Shown here: positions 1 to 12,718 of the stretch, one piece after another
How positions within the stretch are numbered: the stretch's first letter is position 1
Layout: every line of letters starts with the position of its first letter
NCBI RefSeq assembly: GCF_000281045.1
Contig: NW_008246082.1
Location: forward strand, 542,448 to 606,447
Direction: 5' to 3'
Source: Saprolegnia diclina VS20
Lineage: Eukaryota
Length of the DNA: 64,000 bases
Translations under genes and position numbers: made by a program
The notes under the pieces: model-generated
What the model saw: the letters and a program-made list of their open reading frames with translations, nothing else
Told to the model about the DNA's origin: nothing
Database searches by the model: none

Positions 1-3000
1 ACGCCCACCTTGCCTCCATACGTCCTGTTGGTGGCCCCATGCTACGGAGACGCGAGCTTCAGCAACACGATCGCGGTGCGTGTCTCGTGGCGGCGTCGAA
101 GCGAAGGCGGCGGCTATACTACTTGGGAAGATGCTCGGTTCTGCGAGCTACAATTGGGTTCGAAAGTCTTTTCATGAAGGGTTTATGCGCGGGCGCGTAA
201 AAATGGCACGTCCTGAAGGAAGACAGCAGGAGAGAAACTTCTCGAAGTCACGGCGCCTCGTGATGTGTGGTGCATAGAGCCGCAGACCCAGTCGATGTCG
301 CGATCGTGTTCATATTTAACCTTGAAGTTCGTATCGGGAGCACACAGTGTGTGCTTCAAGTTCTCGCCCACGCTTTGTTATAACACCAGACGACTTTTGC
401 CTTCGTGAGAGGGGTGCGGGTAGCCACGCGGCACAGCTCGGCGTTGGACTGCCAGACATGGGCAACAAGCGTTACGCCGCATGCACGCGGCGGCAACCAA
501 GAGCTTGGTCCTGAGCATTTCCGGAAGTGCAGCGCTGCGTCCAGTGCTTGTCGATGACTTTTATGAGAGCCATAACGTGGTCTTGATCACGCCGTTGGTC
601 ACGCTTCTCGCTGGGAGGGCCACGTTGTCGGGCGAGGATGGCAGGCGAGACAGAGTGCAATCTGCGAGGCGTTGATGCTGGGCTTGTTGGATGGTGCGCG
701 GTGGTTTCTCGGCAACAAAAGAGCGTGTATCTCCGTCGACGTGACCTTGCACTAGTGCAGGCGCGGTGGATATGTTCCCGCCCTCATTTTGCTCTTGAGA
801 ATGCGTTATCCGCACCGACGCCCCCATTCTTGGACGTACTCGAGGCTGTACCAGGTGGACGGCTCGATCATCCTAATCTTGGCGATTCTGCGATGACTGC
901 TTGTGAGCTGCGATCGTCATCGCCAGGTCTCTCTATGCGCACCTGAGCTTACCACATCGAGTTGAGGATTGAGGAGGGTACAGTGCGTGGATGTCTCTCG
1001 CACAGCAGCGTTGTAGCCTTTTGTTTCCGTGTCCATGAAAAGACGCTCAATACAGCGAAATTCTGCCTCAGTACTCTGCAAGTAAGTCTGCAGCGGCGAC
1101 CGAGCGCCAAGCCTGGTGCTTCGCATCGACGCTTCGTCGAATACACTCCGCATGAGGTCCTCTGTCTCGCACGCTCGAACAGCACACAAAGCTCACCGCC
1201 GAGAAAATCGTTGGGAGACTGCCGCTTAGCGACTTCCTTTGGTATCGACTGCATCTTAGTGATAAGCCCTTTGTGCTTTGTGATATCAAGGGCCGAAAAT
1301 ATTCCTGAAGATATCGGCAAACTCTATTCGGTTTGTTTGTTTGGAGTATGGATCGATCAAACGTGTTCGTGTTGAAATCAATTCAGCGAAAACTAACTCA
1401 AATGTAGCGCTACACCTAAATGCGTGGGAGCTGGCACCAGCACTCGGTCTTTGGGCGTTGGCTGCGCACAAAGAGATCCATTCCGTAATGCGAAACTGAA
1501 AAACCAAGCAACAGAGCCTGCCACTCCACACAATGCTAGTTCCTGTAGCGCCGAGAGGCTTCCATGGATTTCCATCCAAGATAGAGCCGACTGTTTAGCA
1601 CGGGGTAGTCCAAGTGGGGAGTATTAATACACCGACCATCATACATTGGAAGCCACTGGGATCTCAATCCAAGGGCGATTCATCGAAAAAGCTAAACTCC
1701 CGCTGTGACGAGGTGCATGAATGAGTGAGCTCGTGAGGACAGAATGATGTTAGCTTTGTGTAAAGCCCGGGAAGACATATTCCGACTCGAGCTGCAGCGG
1801 CAACGTACAACAACTACCGCATAAATTGTGGGGAAGTAACAAACGTGCCTAATACAAGAGAAGAAGAGAAAATCGACTTTCGAAAGACGTCCCATCGTCC
1901 CAACCTACCGTCGACCGTCGCCATGTCATTCAAAAGTTGACCTTCTATCAAATTACCGCTATCGCCCGACTCGAGAGCTTCGATCGCAAGAAATACGTCG
2001 ACGCAGTAGCAAAGACCGAGAAGAGAGCTTCTGCGTCCTCCTGCATTCTCACGACGCACAGCTTTCCGTCATGACTCGTACCGCTCTACTTACCGTGCCA
2101 TCACACAGCGAGACAAGCCGAGACGTCATCGCAGGAACGGCCCCAGCACTGGCCTATTCCACACCGCTCCAGCGTTTTCTCGTGTTGTTCCTCGGCTCGC
2201 ATGGAGGACTCGTGACGTGTACGAACGAAGTCGTTCTTACGCAGGGCTGAACCCTGGCTGGTTCTTCCAACAAGCAGTGGCTTCGACCAGGTGGACTTGA
2301 GCGCAACGAACCTTTGTGTCACCCGATGTCGTTGAGAGCCAAGCGATTGGCACCTCAAACCACTTGATCGGACGCATCTCTGTTCTTCCAGCACATTCAT
2401 CAAAGAAGCCCACGCGTGTCGGGTGCGCAAGGTGTCGTCGACTGGAGCGAGTCCCATTGCCGGTGCGACGACGACGGTGTCGAGGGCGTCTGGTTCAGGG
2501 ATATCTCTCGTTGTGGTTTTTAAAATTTCAAACGTGGCAGCCTTGGCGCCAAGCGAGCGCTGTGGCCTGTCTACCCATCTGGCGATCTGAGTTGTTGAGG
2601 GCGGCCCGTTTTCAATTACTGCCGCCGCCTCCAATTGGCTGCCGCCCTCCTGTCAATTTGCCTTCTTCGCCATCTCTACCATTACGCGCCGAGGTCAGCC
2701 ATAGAAAGGCATATCTCTCTCTTGTTCATTGTACACTATTTCGTAAATTGCCATGGCGTTGCGGCATTCCGAAATACTGTACAATATATGTCGACCGACG
2801 CTTTGAAGCTCAAGCTTTTGTCGCCCCCCTCATCTTGTTCAAACGGCAGTTCAAGCTCTCAACGAGCCAATCGATGGTCGCCACACGCGATCCACGTCAC
2901 TTGAATACGCGAGGAGCTTCACCATGATGTCGCCTTGGTGCAACAGCGCCGGGTCTGCCAGGATGGTGCAACATGGGCTGGCGTACCCACTACGGTACGA

Positions 3001-3486
3001 CCATAGCGTAATACACGCACCAGACGATACTGGTTTTTAGCCGCAACGTCGTTTCGAGAGAGCACGTTCGAGCCGATGGGTCAACGAGCCGAGACGCATT
3101 GTGCTTCATGCTGATGGCACAGGGGGCTCGCATCACCCTCATATTGACCAATAAGCGCAGCACGCGAACACTGGTCGACGTCAAATAGACGTGGGCGTGG
3201 ACGCAAAACCACGGCGATTGACTGCCGTTGCGACCGTGCTACAACGTACACTATTTCCGTTGATCTACGCAGCCCCATGTGGATACGACAACAAGGTGGA
3301 ACTCTGCATCTGGCGAGCGCCTTTTCATCGCTGAGCGTTGCGCGCTACGAACTTCGTTGTCCTGCGGCTGCTTGGCTTAGCCGGTGCCCTTCGAACTTCG
3401 GTTTGCAACCCAGATACTGGCGGATCAGGTTGGCGTGTTTTCGAGGGAAGTTTGCTCATTTCCGTTCTTCTCGAGTCGCGGCCAGC

Positions 3487-5691
3487 ATGTCGGGCTACAT
3501 GAACAACATGATGATCTCGGTCGGCCTCATGGTCGTCGTGCAGTCCGTCGTCAACTCGTACTTCGGCTTCGAGACGCCGGCGACCTGCGCGCCGGGCGTC
3601 AACGACAACTCGTGGACCGACGAGTACCAGTCGGTCATGCTCTTCCACCCCAAGTCGGTGGTCCGGTCCTCGACGTACCTCGAGCTGGCCGATGGCGTCG
3701 CGCTCGCCACGGACGTGTACACGTCCCAGGACGCCGAGTACCATGGCCACAAGGTGCCCACGATCCTGCACCTCACGCGCCATGGCCGCGGCTACACGCT
3801 CGACTTCCCCTTTAGCAAGGTGTCGGCGCGCGGCGACTTCATCAACCCGCGTACTAACACGTACATCACCAAGTACGGTCCTTCTTCCCAAGCCTAGCAA
3901 GATCCAGTGGCTTATTTCGTATGGATTAGGTTTGTTGCCGAAGGCTACGCTTGGGTCGCCGTCGACATTCGTGGCACGGGTGCCTCGAGCGGCGTCAAGA
4001 CGATGGACTTTGACGACCAAGAATCCGCGGACGCCAAGGAGGTCATCGAGTGGATCACCAAGCAGAGCTGGTCCAACGGCGACGTGACGGCGTTTGGCGT
4101 CGGCCTTGACGGTGTCTCGGCCCTCGTCATCGCGGCCGACCCGCACCCGGCGCTCAAGGCTGTGACGCTCAACGGCGTGCCGGCCGAGCTCTTTGAGAGC
4201 GTCTTGCTGCCCGGCGGCGCGCTCAACAACCACGGCACCAAGATGTTTTCGTCGTTCTGCCACGCGACTGACAACAACTACCGCTGGGAGGGCGTCCCGC
4301 ACTTCAAGGCGCGTCTGATGATGAAGAGCTTTGGCGGCAACGTTTACCCGGTCAACACGTCCGAGCCGAATGTCATGGCCGCGGCCGTCGCGCCGCACAA
4401 GGCCAACCCGGTTCTCTTTGACGAACTCCAAGCGATCACGTTCCGTGACGACTCGTTCGCGACGATTCCCGCTACGTTTGAGCAGTTTGACGCGCGCCGC
4501 CTCTTTGCCAAGCTCGCCAAGTCGCCTGTCGCGATTTTGAGCGTCTCGGGCTATTTCGACACGGGCGTGACGCGCTCGTCGATCTGGCTGCACCAGTACT
4601 TGACCGGCCAGATGGAACCGGCGACGCTCGCGGCGCTCGGCTTGGACGCGGTCGAGGTCGGCGACGTGCCGGCGACCAAGTACCGTCTCATCATGGGTCC
4701 GTGGAGCCACGCCAACGTCGACAACGCCGACCCGTTTGCCGAGGCCAAGACCCGCTGCTTTGACACGATCATCGAAGTCTCGCGCTTCCTCGATTTCCAC
4801 ACGTACCCGGAGCGCCGCCAGGACTCGGGCATTGACGTTGAGGAGCCGATCCACTACTTCACGATGGGCGAGCAAAAGTGGAAGACGACCACGTCGTGGC
4901 CGCCGGCTCTCATTGACACGACGCAGACGCTCTACTTTAGCGACGAAAAGACGATGGTCGAAGACATTAGCGAGGTGGTTGACGGCGAGCAGGCGCTCGA
5001 CATCAAGGCGGGCTCCGAGTCGCTTCCGGGTGTCACGACGCGCTGGCACTTCCTCGACCACATCTTCCTCAACAAGCCGTCGTACGCGCACAACCGTGAC
5101 GGCCTCGAGAAGGATCTTATCTCGTTCGTGTCGCCGCCGCTGCACCAGGCCGAGCTCACGGGTGAGATGACGCTCAAGGTCTACTTCTCGGCCAACAAGC
5201 CCGTCGTGAACCTCTTTGCGTACCTCGAAGACGTCAACAGCGTCGCGCCCATTGACCAGCGCATGATTGCCGGCGCCAAGGTGCGCGGCGGCATCACGTA
5301 CATCACCGAAGGCAACGTCAACCCGATGCACTCGTCGATCGCGCCGGGCTCGCCGCTCCGCACGTTCCGCAAGGCTGACGCCCGCGTCATCGAGCCCGAG
5401 ATCATCTACGAGGCGACGTTCAACTTTCTCCCGACGTCGTACCTCCTCCCGCACGACCACCAGCTCCGCGTCACGATCGCGGGCTCCGAGTACCCGTCGT
5501 TTGCGGTCCGCGATAGCGAGAACCTCGCGACCAAGCTCACGATCCACTACGGCGCCCAGTACCCGTCGTCGCTCACGATCAAGTCGCACGAGATTGAGCT
5601 GCCCGTCAAGATGGCGCTGGTTGAAGACGACGTCAAGACCGCCGCGCCGGTCAAGGACGAAGACGAGTTTGCCGAGAAGATCGAGCTTTAG
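3487..5691 (+). CDS. CocE/NonD (peptidase S15, alpha/beta-hydrolase) family protein, probably catalytically inactive; 2 exons
   Basis: ATG at 3487 followed by a hydrophobic N-terminus. GT-AG intron 3873-3929 joins YITK to FVAEGYAWVAVDIRGTGASSG. Family motifs: DGVALATDVY, DIRGTGASSG, WSNGDV, GYFD, GPWSH and a PepX_C-like C-terminal region. Ends in KIEL. Confidence 0.88.
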
Positions 5692-6229
5692 ATAAGAGCG
5701 CCTCCTTCGTGTACCCTTGGACTGCATACATGTGAGATTATAAATATACGTTATCGCTTGCGCCGTGCATATCCCCTGCGAGCTGTGCAGCCAAACGACG
5801 CGATCGCCATTCGCGCTGCCCTGTCGCGATGTTACAGCCCCGCTGACGTCACTTGCACTGCGACCGCCGTCGTCCGTCGCGATATGTACCCGCCTCGCCC
5901 GTGGCCATGCGCCTTGGGTAGGCGTTGCGCGGCCCGACGCAGGCCCTCGTTGCGGCGCCGTCGGCGAAGCCTCCGTCGCACGGCCTTGCTGCTTGCCGCG
6001 TTACTCACACCCTCCACCACGGTCGCTCGCAGTCCGGAAAAGGATTTGCCCAACCGGATGGTTTCATCCCAGTCGACAGTGCGAAGGCAGGGCGTATTTT
6101 AATGCGTGTTGACGGCTTCTACTCTATGTTTTTGTATGAGATTGCCTTTTCGACCGAATAAAATGAGCGTGGCGCTGGCACTTGGTTGCGTCAAATTCTT
6201 GTCTTGACCTTGACCGCCGAGCCGGCAGC

Positions 6230-8760
6230 ATGATCCAGGCCCCGATCGCCGCAGCCGCGGCCCCGCGGCCCCTGTACCTGAACGAGTCCCAGCAGTCGGA
6301 GCTGTAGGCGCATGAGGTGGCGCCATGGAGGCTCATGATGGTATGTAGGTACCATACGTCGCGGAACCACGCCGTGGCCTTCCTGCAAAACTCGCTGAGC
6401 GACCTCCACGAATGGGAGTTCATCTCGGAGAAGAAGAACGTGCAGTTCTACCGGAAGAAGAGCTCGGACGGGACGACGTACACGATCAATGCCATCACGC
6501 GCATCGTCGCCGACCTCGACGACACGATGCGGACGCTCTATTGCGAAGACAGCATGGCGCTCGGCAACCTCTTCTCGCAGCTGCACGACGACACGTTCGC
6601 CGATGGCGCCGTGCTCGCGACGCTGCCCGCCAAGCGCGACCCGACCGGTACCACCGCAATGGACGCGCAGGACATTTTGACGATGCTTCTTGGTCCTAGG
6701 CGTCTGTCGTGAGCAGTGCAGCGTCAAGATGATCTCGTTCCGGCCGTTCAATGCGATGGACAAGGCGCGGCAGTACACGGTCGTCGACTATTGCACGATC
6801 CGCACGGGCAAGACTGACGAAAAGCCCGACGAGACCGGCGTCGACAACCGGCTCGGTATCCAGCTCATGTACTCGACTGACGTCGCCGAGCCACCGAAGC
6901 GGGGCCCAACCCTCGGCACGGCCAACGACATTGATTACGTGAGCCAGCTCCTTCCGTCGGGCTTCATCGTGTACCCGACGACCAAGAAGGGCGTCCTCGA
7001 AGTCATTTTCAGCTGGTCGGCGCACGACCCGCGGGGCATCTCGCGCGGCTATAAGAAGGCGATTCTGAGTCTCGTCTCGAGCGTCGCGCGGCTTGAAAAC
7101 ATCTTTTTGGCGCTGCGCATCGCGGCCTCGGGCTTTATCAAGAGCAAGAACTGGGTCAACGACAAGGACCGGTCCTACTGCTTTATCTGCCGCGAGTCGT
7201 TTGGCCCCTTTCGCCGGCGCCACCACTGCCGCCTCTGTGGCGACATTACCTGCTCCAAGTGCGCGACGATCACGGCCGTCAAGTTGCCCGTCGTCGGGCT
7301 CTGCCAAGTCCGCATCTGCAACCGGTGCCTCACCGAGAACGATTCGTCGCGGAGCAGCAACCCGGGCCCAGCGCCCATGGCGCCCAAGCCGACGCTCGGG
7401 TCCCTCGGCGGCCTCCCGCCCGCACCCACGTCGTCGCACCACTCGTCCTTTGACTCGAACGACGGTATCTTGGTTGCAAATTATGGTGCCATAGCATATC
7501 TGCGTAGGCCACGCGTACCACCACCACCAACACGTGCAGGTCATGGAGCGGCTCTCGCACGGCATGAGCAACCTCTCGGCCGTGCCCAACTGCATCGACT
7601 CGGACGATGATAGCGACGAAATGTCGATTTCCGGTGACCTCTCGGCGTCGGCCGCGTCCTCGTCCGTCATGGGCTCCCGGTACGCTTGGGACACGCGTTT
7701 GTCATCCGCTAAAATCTCAAACAACGCGTAGGTCCATGTCGTCGTCGCTGGCGACGTCCAACATGGGGTCGTTCTCGCAGACTGCGAACGGCAAGATGGG
7801 TGGTACCATCGAAGAGTCGTTTGACGAAGCCGACGAGTTGACGGGCAACTCGGCCGACTTTATTCCGCTCAACATGGTCTCGCACGCGTCGTCGTCGATG
7901 CCGGTCAAGCCATTTTTGTACAAACTCGCGTACGCAGACAAGCAAAAGTGGCCATTGGCGCCGATCCCGTCGGACGAAGCGCCGCGCCTCCGCAAGCTCG
8001 ACGAGCTGCGTATTCTCGACACGCCCATGGAGCAGGTACACGCATGTTGATGGCACGATACCAATGCCATCATAGGAATTCAACCACATTGCACAGTCGG
8101 CCGCCGAAGCTCTCGGTACGGCGTTTGGCTTTGTCAGCTTTGTCGACGACAAGCGCGAGTGGGTCAAGGCGTGCTACGGCATGGCCGCGTCCGCCGCCGT
8201 CCCCCGCGATATCTCGCTCACGGCCCACGCCATCATGTCGTACGAGGTACCGCGGATGAACCCTCTTCGATGTTGATTCTGACGCGACGGCATATCGTTA
8301 GGTCATGGCCGTGCCCAACCTAACGCTGGACGTTCGCTTCAAGGACAACCCGCTCGTGACCGAGAACGGCCTCCGGTAGAGCTTGGACGTTCCTGGCGAG
8401 CTCTGAACGTGTGCCTGTAGTTTCTTTGTGGGCTTCCCGCTCGTCACGAACGACGGCTTTATTGTCGGCGCACTCGCCGTGGCGGATACGAAGGTTAAGG
8501 ACGGGATCACGCAGGGCCAGGTCGCGACGATGAAGCGCCTCTCGAACCACGTGACGCGGCTCTTGGAAGAGCGCGCGCACTACGTCAACCCCGTCGGGTA
8601 CTCGAACGTCCAAGCGCCGCCGACGACGTACTCGTCGAACGCGGCGCAGGCCAACATCCACAATGCGCTGCTGGACCTCCTCAAGAAGACGGAGGCCACT
8701 GGCAAGACCCTCCAGCAGACGCAGAGCATGATGAACCAGTCGGCCAAGCGCGACGCCTGA
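6230..8760 (+). CDS. START-like + FYVE zinc finger + GAF domain protein (multi-exon)
   Basis: FYVE signature WVND...CFICRESFGPFRRRHHCRLCGDITCSKC...RICNRC. GAF-type C-terminus RLRKLDELRILDT...DVRFKDNPLVTENG...GFPLVTNDGFIVGALAVAD. N-terminal START-like segment. Several short GT-AG introns; internal boundaries are approximate. Confidence 0.8.
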
Positions 8761-8843
8761 GCGCGCCCTAGATACGTATGATGTACTACTCGTGTGTTTT
8801 TGATGACGCTTCGTCTTCGCCAGCCCATGTGCTCGTTTCCAGA

Positions 8844-8914
8844 AACCAGATCTGAGCAACCAGATCTGAGCAACCAGATCTGAGCAACCAGATCTGAGCA
8901 ACCAGATATCTGAG
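8844..8914. repeat. 14-bp tandem repeat (AACCAGATCTGAGC) x4 plus one variant copy
   Basis: Read directly. Perfect copies start at 8844, 8858, 8872 and 8886, followed by AACCAGATATCTGAG. Each unit contains the palindrome CAGATCTG. Confidence 0.95.
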
Positions 8915-9205
8915 ATACACCAAATCCTAGCCCTGGATCCGAGAAACGGCCGCAGAAAGGGCACCACAGGGTCGATCGTCTGGCGGCCGTTCCTCCTCGA
9001 CGCCACCTGCGTATAGCCTCGGAACACGGCCATTGACTTGGGCGCAGTATGCCAAACGTGTCCAAATGACTCGACACCACAGGGACATGTTGCCCTTGAG
9101 CGCAACGTTGGCTTGTGGTTGGTCGGCGCCCACCAGCTGGCAAAGGGCCATCACGGAACGCCATTGCTCATTCCTCGAAAGAGAACCACAGACGCAAACG
9201 AACGG

Positions 9206-10774
9206 ATGGTGCGCTACGTGGAGACGGTGTCGGCGCTGCCGACCGAGACGCTGCCGACTGTCCTGCTCATCGGCACGACCGAGACGCCCGGCGTGTCCCT
9301 TGCCGAGCGCGTCCTTGCGCACCTTGCTGGCGGGGCGCTCGAGCCCGAGACGGTCGCGCTCGTCGCGCATGCGATCGCCGAGCTGTCGCCGTCGACCGAC
9401 AACGCGGCGTCGGCGCACCTCTACGTGCCGCTGGACGATGACAAGATGCTGAGCCTTGTCGTTGCGCAGCTCCCGACAGCGGTCTCGCGCCACAACTCGG
9501 AGGCGCGCCCGCATGCGATCATGGCGCTTGTCAAGGCCCACGCTGCCGACGTCGAGGCGGACACGGTCGTTGCGCTCTCGCTGCCCAACCAGTCGGCGAC
9601 GTGGGTCGCGGCGGGTACGGCCGTCGCCAAGGCGATGCCTGCCTACTTCCACAAGTCGACCAAGGCGCTCCGTGGCGTCATCACGACGGGCGAGGGCACT
9701 GCGTTCGCGGCTGACTCTACGCTCGTGGTCTTTGACGAGCGCTTGACGCCCGAGCAGGTCACGTACCTCGAGTGCTCGGCCGACGGTATCCACCTCGCGC
9801 AGCGCCTCGTGGACGCGCCGCCGAACGAGCTCAACACGACGACGTTTGTCGCCGAGGCCGCGGCCGTCGCCGCCCGCACGGGCGCCGAGCTCACGGTTAT
9901 CGAAGGCGAGCAGCTTCGCGAGCGCGGCTTCGGCGGCCTCTACGGCGTCGGCCAGGCCGCAGCGCACCCACCGGCGCTTGTTGTGCTGAGCCACTACCCG
10001 AGTGAAGAGTCCAAGACGAAGCCGTCGCGCGTGCTCGTCGGCAAGGGCATCGTGTACGACACGGGTGGTCTCTCGCTCAAGATCTCGGGCGGTATGGTCG
10101 GCATGAAGGACGACATGGGCGGCGCCGCCGGCCTCCTCGGTGCTTTCTTGGCGACGGTGACCTCGGGCGCCGCCGGCACCGAGTTGCCGCTGCACTGCAT
10201 CCTCTGCCTCGCCGAGAACGCGGTCGGCCCGAACGCGACGCGACCGGACGACATCCACACCATGTACTCGGGCAAGACGGTCGAGATCAACAACACGGAC
10301 GCCGAAGGGCGCTTGGTGCTCGCGGACGGCGTCGCGTACGCGGTCGCGCATCTGAGCCCGGCGTTCTTGCTCGACATGGCGACGCTCACGGGCGCCGCTG
10401 GCATCGTCACGGGCGCCAAGATCGGCGCCATGTACGCCAACACGGACGACATTGAGGCGTTTGGGTCTGCGGCTGGCAAGACGTCCGGCGACCTCGTCCA
10501 CCCGGTGCCGTACGTCCCCGAGTTTTACCGCCCCGAGTACAAGAGCCCGGTGGCCGACATGAAGAATTTGATGGCCAACACGCGCAACGCTGGCGTCTCG
10601 TGCGGCGGCCAGTTCATCGCAAACCACATGGCCGACTTTGTCGACGGCGACGGCCAGTGGATGCACGTTGACATGGGCTTTCCTGTCGCCCACGACGACC
10701 ACCGCGCGACCGGCTACGGCGTCGGGTTGCTCATGGCGCTCTTCACGGACCTCAACGCGTCGGCGACCTTTTAA
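9206..10774 (+). CDS. M17 leucyl aminopeptidase (NPEPL1-like), copy 1, 522 aa
   Basis: VGKGIVYDTGGLSLK, MKDDMGG and NTDAEGRL metal-binding motifs. Start set at ATG 9206 (MVRY) by comparison with the paralogue. Confidence 0.93.
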   Translation: MVRYVETVSALPTETLPTVLLIGTTETPGVSLAERVLAHLAGGALEPETVALVAHAIAELSPSTDNAASAHLYVPLDDDKMLSLVVAQLPTAVSRHNSEARPHAIMALVKAHAADVEADTVVALSLPNQSATWVAAGTAVAKAMPAYFHKSTKALRGVITTGEGTAFAADSTLVVFDERLTPEQVTYLECSADGIHLAQRLVDAPPNELNTTTFVAEAAAVAARTGAELTVIEGEQLRERGFGGLYGVGQAAAHPPALVVLSHYPSEESKTKPSRVLVGKGIVYDTGGLSLKISGGMVGMKDDMGGAAGLLGAFLATVTSGAAGTELPLHCILCLAENAVGPNATRPDDIHTMYSGKTVEINNTDAEGRLVLADGVAYAVAHLSPAFLLDMATLTGAAGIVTGAKIGAMYANTDDIEAFGSAAGKTSGDLVHPVPYVPEFYRPEYKSPVADMKNLMANTRNAGVSCGGQFIANHMADFVDGDGQWMHVDMGFPVAHDDHRATGYGVGLLMALFTDLNASATF

Positions 10775-10949
10775 AGCCATCCCTGGGTAGAGGTAGTAAC
10801 ACTGTGAAGGATACATAATACATGAAACATTGTCCTTCCTCTGGTCGCACGTTCATACCGGTATTACCGCGGTGAGCTCGAAGCTACGAGAGCGTGCCAC
10901 GTGGTTTATCCGGATAAAATATCAAAATATCGGATTCGAGAATGCCACG

Positions 10950-12387
10950 CGAGAGCCGACTTGAGGCTGGCGGTCGTCGCCTTGGACGGCGTGCGTGTAG
11001 CGGTCGTCCAGTGTATGGCTTCGCCCAGTGACGTGCTAGCATTGCTCCAAGCGCTTGTTGCATCGGCGGTGGAGCTTCCACCAGTGCTATTGGCGCTGCG
11101 GGTGCTGCTGACAACGCCCCGACTGCGTCGCACCCGATCTCTGACCTCGCATGCACCTCGCGGGGATCGCTGACGACGAGATCCACCTCGTAGCGGCGGC
11201 CATGTCTCTCGTTCCCTCGATCGGCATCGACGGTCCGTTTGGCAGGGATCGCTCGCCGACGAGCGAAAAAGCCAAACTCGGTTTGTTCACCGACCCCTTC
11301 TGCGCTTTCGTCGCGCAGTGGACGTTCAAGGTGCACGAGCTGAGTCTCTTGTCGCGTCCAGAAAAGAACCCAAGCGACTGTTACGACCTGCTTGGTCTCT
11401 GCATCAGCCTGCAGACAGCGGTGCTCTCGAGCAACTGGCTGGCGCTCGCGGCCATATCGACGTCGGCGCATCACGTCAGCGACCTCTCACTCCTCAACGC
11501 CAGCCACAACGCCGATGGTCTCCCGTTTGATTGGACAGAAAGCTTGGGTCCGTGGCTCGAGTCGGCCCACGCCAAGCGCTTGCGCCTCTCTTCCTTTGCG
11601 TCGACGGACGACCTTGGCCTCGCCCGAGCAATAGCAAAGACGCGGACACTCACCGCAATTGCATCTCGATGACGCCGACGATGTCATCAGCGGTCTCTTT
11701 GCCAATCATCTGCCTTTGAACTACCTCACGCACCTCGGGCTTCTCGCTTGCCGCGACCCGATCTTGGGCGACATGGCGGCGCTTCTCGAACCCGCTGTGA
11801 TTGAATCCATTCGCTTTCAGAGCTACTGCCTCGAAGAGATGACCGGCTTTGTCATGACCTTGCCGCTCTTCCCGCGGCTGGCCGTGGTCGACATCACTGG
11901 AGTTTCGCTTGGTGGCCACTCTGCAGCGCCGCTGTCAACCACGAAGACGCTCCGAGTGGTGCTGTTCCGAGCTATTTCGTGGTCGGCGAACGCCTTGGCC
12001 ACGCTCCTCGACTGGATGGCGCGCGCAGATGTCCTCGAGTGCTCGAAGTGGACCGGCTCTGAGATGGTCGGCGCCAACTGTGACCTTGTTGGCCGCGCGT
12101 TGCGTTGCTGGATTGCCACGGGTGCGCTTCGGTGTTGCAGCATTGCTGACGACGGCGTGCGGCGACTGGCATTCGCCGTCTGCGACGTCCACCGCGTACG
12201 CAGCTCAAGCTGGATCTCAGCGTCAATAGCTTTGGCTGCGACGGTCTGCAGGTGCTTCTCGACGCGCTTGCACCGAGCTCCAACATTGTCGTACTCACGT
12301 GAGTTGCCAGATGTCATTGCTGGACGTGGCGTCGCCATCGACACCGCCATGCCAACGACCCTGCAGCTAACAGCACCTATGCACTGA
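10950..12387 (+). pseudogene. Degenerate, frameshifted LRR/RNI-like gene remnant
   Basis: Protein-like Leu-rich fragments hop between frames (10901-11173, 11151-11672, 11659-12387), e.g. CSIADDGVRRLAFAV and LPLFPRLAVVDITG. No in-frame ATG start or clean intron restores one frame. Codon bias is weaker than in neighbouring genes. Confidence 0.45.
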
Positions 12388-12718
12388 TCTCAATGTGGAC
12401 AATACTGGCCCATGCATGCGACGTTTTACTCCCCAAGACAGGCGCCAGAGCACAGTAACGTCCATCATCAGCTCATCAGCGTGCAGGCGCAACGTTGCTC
12501 ATGACGACGACGAGGTCGGCCTCCGGTTGGGTGTAGGCAGCACCATCATGTGGAGCTGGGTTCGACTCCCAGCCGGCCATATCATTTTATATGAAATGGG
12601 CATCGCCGAAGAGATGGCGCAGCAGCAAGTGTCATTATTGTACACAAAAGCTGGTTGAGATTCGACCACCTCGGTTTTATGTCTATTTCCACGCAACTCC
12701 AAATTTGACAGTGGACGG

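Noticed and set aside
3325..5727. 800-aa antisense ORF over the CocE-like gene
   Set aside because: Same codon-bias shadow; Arg/Val/Leu-rich with no domain.
8844..8914. Possible CRISPR-like array
   Set aside because: The repeats are contiguous with no spacers, there are no cas genes, and the context is eukaryotic.
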